Of a stretch of DNA of 64,000 bases, positions 61,827 through 64,000 are shown in pieces (position 1 is the first letter of the stretch; every line of letters starts with the position of its first letter). The translations under genes were made by a program, and so were the position numbers. The DNA is from an uncultured Elusimicrobiaceae bacterium (lineage in GTDB: Bacteria; Elusimicrobiota; Elusimicrobia; Elusimicrobiales; UBA9959), in the NCBI GenBank assembly GCA_964415175.1, contig CAYPYG010000001.1:17975-81974 (forward strand), in the 5' to 3' direction. The notes beneath the pieces are model-generated. The model ran no database searches and had not been told where the DNA came from. It saw nothing but the letters and a program-made list of their open reading frames with translations.

Positions 61827-63381
61827 GGTATTCCGGGCCGCCGGGCAGCCGCCAGGGCCGCCCTTTGACGCGGCCCTTCACGAAAACGCGCAGGCCGTGG
61901 GCGGGGACTTCCGCTTCCAGCGAGCCGGCTGCGACGCGGGCCCTATCCCCGGCGTACAGCTCGCGGTATTTTCCGGAGGGCAGACCGCCGGCCCTCAGCA
62001 GCGCCGGGGAGGAGCCCTTGTTGAGCATGACCACGGCGGTCTCTCCGCCGTAGTCCCGCCTGAAGACATAGGAGTCGCTCGAAGAGGAGACGGCGGTCTG
62101 AGTCCCGCGCCGCAGAGGGGCGGCGGAGCGCCTCATCGCGTTGAGTTTCTTCAGGTGATGATAAACGGGATCGGTCTTCGCGCTCTTTATCCCTTCGGCG
62201 CCGAGCATCCTCCTGTTGTCGGGATCGTTGCCGCCGGCCATGCGGACCTCGGTGCCGTAGAAGACGCAGGGGATGCCGCGCGCGGTGAAATAGAAGTTCA
62301 GCGCGTCGAAGTACTGCTCCTCGGACGCGGGCGTGCCCTGTCCTTCCCCGCCCGCGCCGTTGAACCTCGGTTTGTCGTGATTGTCCAGGAAAGTGACGAG
62401 CCAGGTCGGGTCCTTGTATTTATGGTCGTGGGCGAATATCGCGTCGGCCTTCGAGTAATCCCCGCCCTTGAAGACCTCCTCCATCGGTCCCCAGGTCCCC
62501 ATCGCCGAGAGCGGCATGTCCAGCAGGCTCATGGCGGAGTTCATCGGCTCGCCTTCGGACAGGCGGCTGTAGCGGGCCAGCATATCGAAGTCGTCGCGGG
62601 TCCAGGCCTCGCCGAAGATGAAGAAATCCTTCTTCGCCGCGTGCAGCGCGTCCGTGAAATCGCGCCAGAAGGCGTCGCCCATCCAGACGACGGTGTCCAG
62701 CCGGAAGGCGTCCACACCCATCGCCTGGTAAGCCAGGTAAATGTCCGTCAGCCACTTCGCCGTCGCGGGATTTTCGTCGTTGAAGTCCAGCAGGTCGGCG
62801 ATGACCGGGCCCCTGCGGTTGAACCAGTCCTTCCCGTCCGCGTAATAGTCGAACTCCAGCCCGAGGCCGCGCACCTTTCCGCGCTCCGCGTGCCATTTCA
62901 CCGACGGGTGGGTGTCGCCGCCGTGGCCGTGATTGGCCACCACGTCCTGTATCAGTTTCAGGCCCCGCGAGTGGGATTTCCTTATCAGGTCGGCGTAAGA
63001 CGCCCCCTTCGACTCCAGGTGCGGGTCTATCCGGGAGAGATCCCAGGCCCAGTAGCCGTGATAGCCGGCCGCGTCGTAGGTCTCCGACGAGTTCAGATAG
63101 CGGCCCGGCGGCTGCATCACCGGCGGGGTTATCCAGACGGCCGAGAAACCCATGTCCTTTATGTGGGACAGATTGTCCATCAGACCGCGGAAATCGCCGC
63201 CCTGGTAGTAGCGCAGGTTCCCGGGGACGTATTCGTCCCCGTAGATGTCGTTGTTGGAAGGGTCGCCGTCGGCGAAGCGGTCGGTCAGGACCAGGTATAT
63301 CGTCTCGTCGCGGAAATCGGACGCCGACCCCGGAAGGGCCGGCGCCAGCAACAGGAGCAGCAGCGCCGCGGCGGTCTTCAT
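61744..63381 (-). CDS. Secreted alpha-amylase family (GH13) enzyme; last ~27 codons and the stop are encoded by palindromic element C
   Basis: Signal peptide; DRFADGDPSNN, GFSAVWITPP, DAFRLDTV, FGEAW and FLDNHD conserved regions. Confidence 0.85.
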   Translation of the reverse strand: MKTAAALLLLLLAPALPGSASDFRDETIYLVLTDRFADGDPSNNDIYGDEYVPGNLRYYQGGDFRGLMDNLSHIKDMGFSAVWITPPVMQPPGRYLNSSETYDAAGYHGYWAWDLSRIDPHLESKGASYADLIRKSHSRGLKLIQDVVANHGHGGDTHPSVKWHAERGKVRGLGLEFDYYADGKDWFNRRGPVIADLLDFNDENPATAKWLTDIYLAYQAMGVDAFRLDTVVWMGDAFWRDFTDALHAAKKDFFIFGEAWTRDDFDMLARYSRLSEGEPMNSAMSLLDMPLSAMGTWGPMEEVFKGGDYSKADAIFAHDHKYKDPTWLVTFLDNHDKPRFNGAGGEGQGTPASEEQYFDALNFYFTARGIPCVFYGTEVRMAGGNDPDNRRMLGAEGIKSAKTDPVYHHLKKLNAMRRSAAPLRRGTQTAVSSSSDSYVFRRDYGGETAVVMLNKGSSPALLRAGGLPSGKYRELYAGDRARVAAGSLEAEVPAHGLRVFVKGRVKGRPWRLPGGPEYQGTLFSSLVFDPSATPIRPPAQRKLKN

Positions 63382-63393
63382 CGGCCCGGGCGC

Positions 63394-64000
63394 TCAGCGG
63401 TTGAGGACGTAACTGAACAGCAGCGGGGCCACTATGGTCGCGTCGCTCTCTATGACGAACTTGGGGGTATCCACGGCCAGCTTGCCCCAGGTGATCTTCT
63501 CGTTGGGCACGGCGCCGGAATAGGAGCCGAAACTGGTGATGCTGTCGGAGATTTGGCAGAAGTAGCTCCACATCTTCACTTCCTTGCGCAGGTCGCATTC
63601 GATCAGCGGCACGACGCAGATGGGGAAGTCGCCGGCTATGCCGCCGCCTATCTGGAAGAAGCCGATGCCCGCCTCCGTCTCGCGGCTGGTCTTCTGGTAC
63701 CAGTCGGCCAGGTGCATCAGGTACTCGATGCCGGTCTTCATCGTGCCGGGCTTCAGCTGGCCCTTGATGCACTTGGCGGCGTAGACGTTGCCGAGCGTGG
63801 AGTCCTCCCAGCCGGGCACGTAGATCGGGAGGTTCTTCTCGGCCGCGGCCAGCAGCCAGCTGTCGGCCGGGTCCACCTGGTAGTGTTTCTTTATGTCGCC
63901 CGAGAGCAGCAGGTCGTAGAAATGTTCGTGCGGGAACTTGCGGTTGCCCGTCTTCTCGGAGGCCTTCCAGCGCTTAACGATGTGGTCCTCGATGTGGTAC
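63394..64000 (-). CDS. Deoxyhypusine synthase-like protein, C-terminal part (5' end beyond the window)
   Basis: I read the frame as open to nt 64000. FFQIGGGIAGDF and the catalytic-Lys context EKITWGKL resemble the DHS family. Confidence 0.8.
   Translation of the reverse strand, partial: YHIEDHIVKRWKASEKTGNRKFPHEHFYDLLLSGDIKKHYQVDPADSWLLAAAEKNLPIYVPGWEDSTLGNVYAAKCIKGQLKPGTMKTGIEYLMHLADWYQKTSRETEAGIGFFQIGGGIAGDFPICVVPLIECDLRKEVKMWSYFCQISDSITSFGSYSGAVPNEKITWGKLAVDTPKFVIESDATIVAPLLFSYVLNR

Noticed and set aside
1-64000. CRISPR arrays, cas genes, transposases/IS elements, prophage genes, toxin-antitoxin pairs or known anti-phage defence systems.
   Set aside because: I saw no regularly spaced direct repeats and no proteins with recognisable nuclease, integrase, transposase, capsid or defence-system signatures. 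The only repeats found are the three palindromic elements and two small CCAAATTTC hairpins.

Overview
This is a high-GC (roughly two-thirds G+C by eye), very gene-dense bacterial chromosome segment. The organism is a diderm: the window encodes LptF/G-type permeases, a TolC-like protein, outer-membrane barrels and a GT9 enzyme. I support about 55 protein genes and 2 tRNAs. I found no rRNA, CRISPR array, transposase, integrase or phage genes.

Gene content, in order:
- 2641-20788: an ~18 kb envelope-glycan cluster. It holds WecA-like, three GT2, two GT-C and one GT9 transferases, nucleotide amino-sugar synthesis genes, a methyltransferase, a flavoprotein and four radical SAM enzymes, three of them cobalamin-domain paralogs.
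- 32037 down to 20799, minus strand: a co-directional block of dnaE, a CheY-like receiver, an OM barrel, pfk, a HAMP protein, TolC-like, patatin, TPR, dapF and dapA.
- nudix and tkt.
- lptF/G, divergent from a 1793-aa SprA-like giant OM barrel, which is followed by comF.
- A GH13-like enzyme with a Cache-only membrane protein, then rlmD-like.
- An IspH-membrane-domain fusion, then an ECF sigma factor.
- tRNA-Val, an OPT transporter and tRNA-Asp.
- An ArsR-controlled ABC-2 operon that includes an unannotated 51-aa Cys-rich ORF.
- A ~575 bp GC-rich non-coding region.
- A membrane-fused spermidine-synthase-like gene, an ankyrin protein, prfC, a secreted amylase and a partial deoxyhypusine-synthase homolog.

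Recurrent sequence-level themes:
- 4-nt ATGA/GTGA start-stop overlaps join many adjacent genes.
- Extended -10 boxes lie 6-9 nt upstream of start codons, which suggests leaderless mRNAs.
- Three perfect 25-30 bp palindromic elements share AGGGGACG termini and each sits just upstream of a start codon.

Most long alternative-frame ORFs in the supplied track are GC-driven shadow ORFs. All functional calls come from motif recognition by eye; no database search was run.
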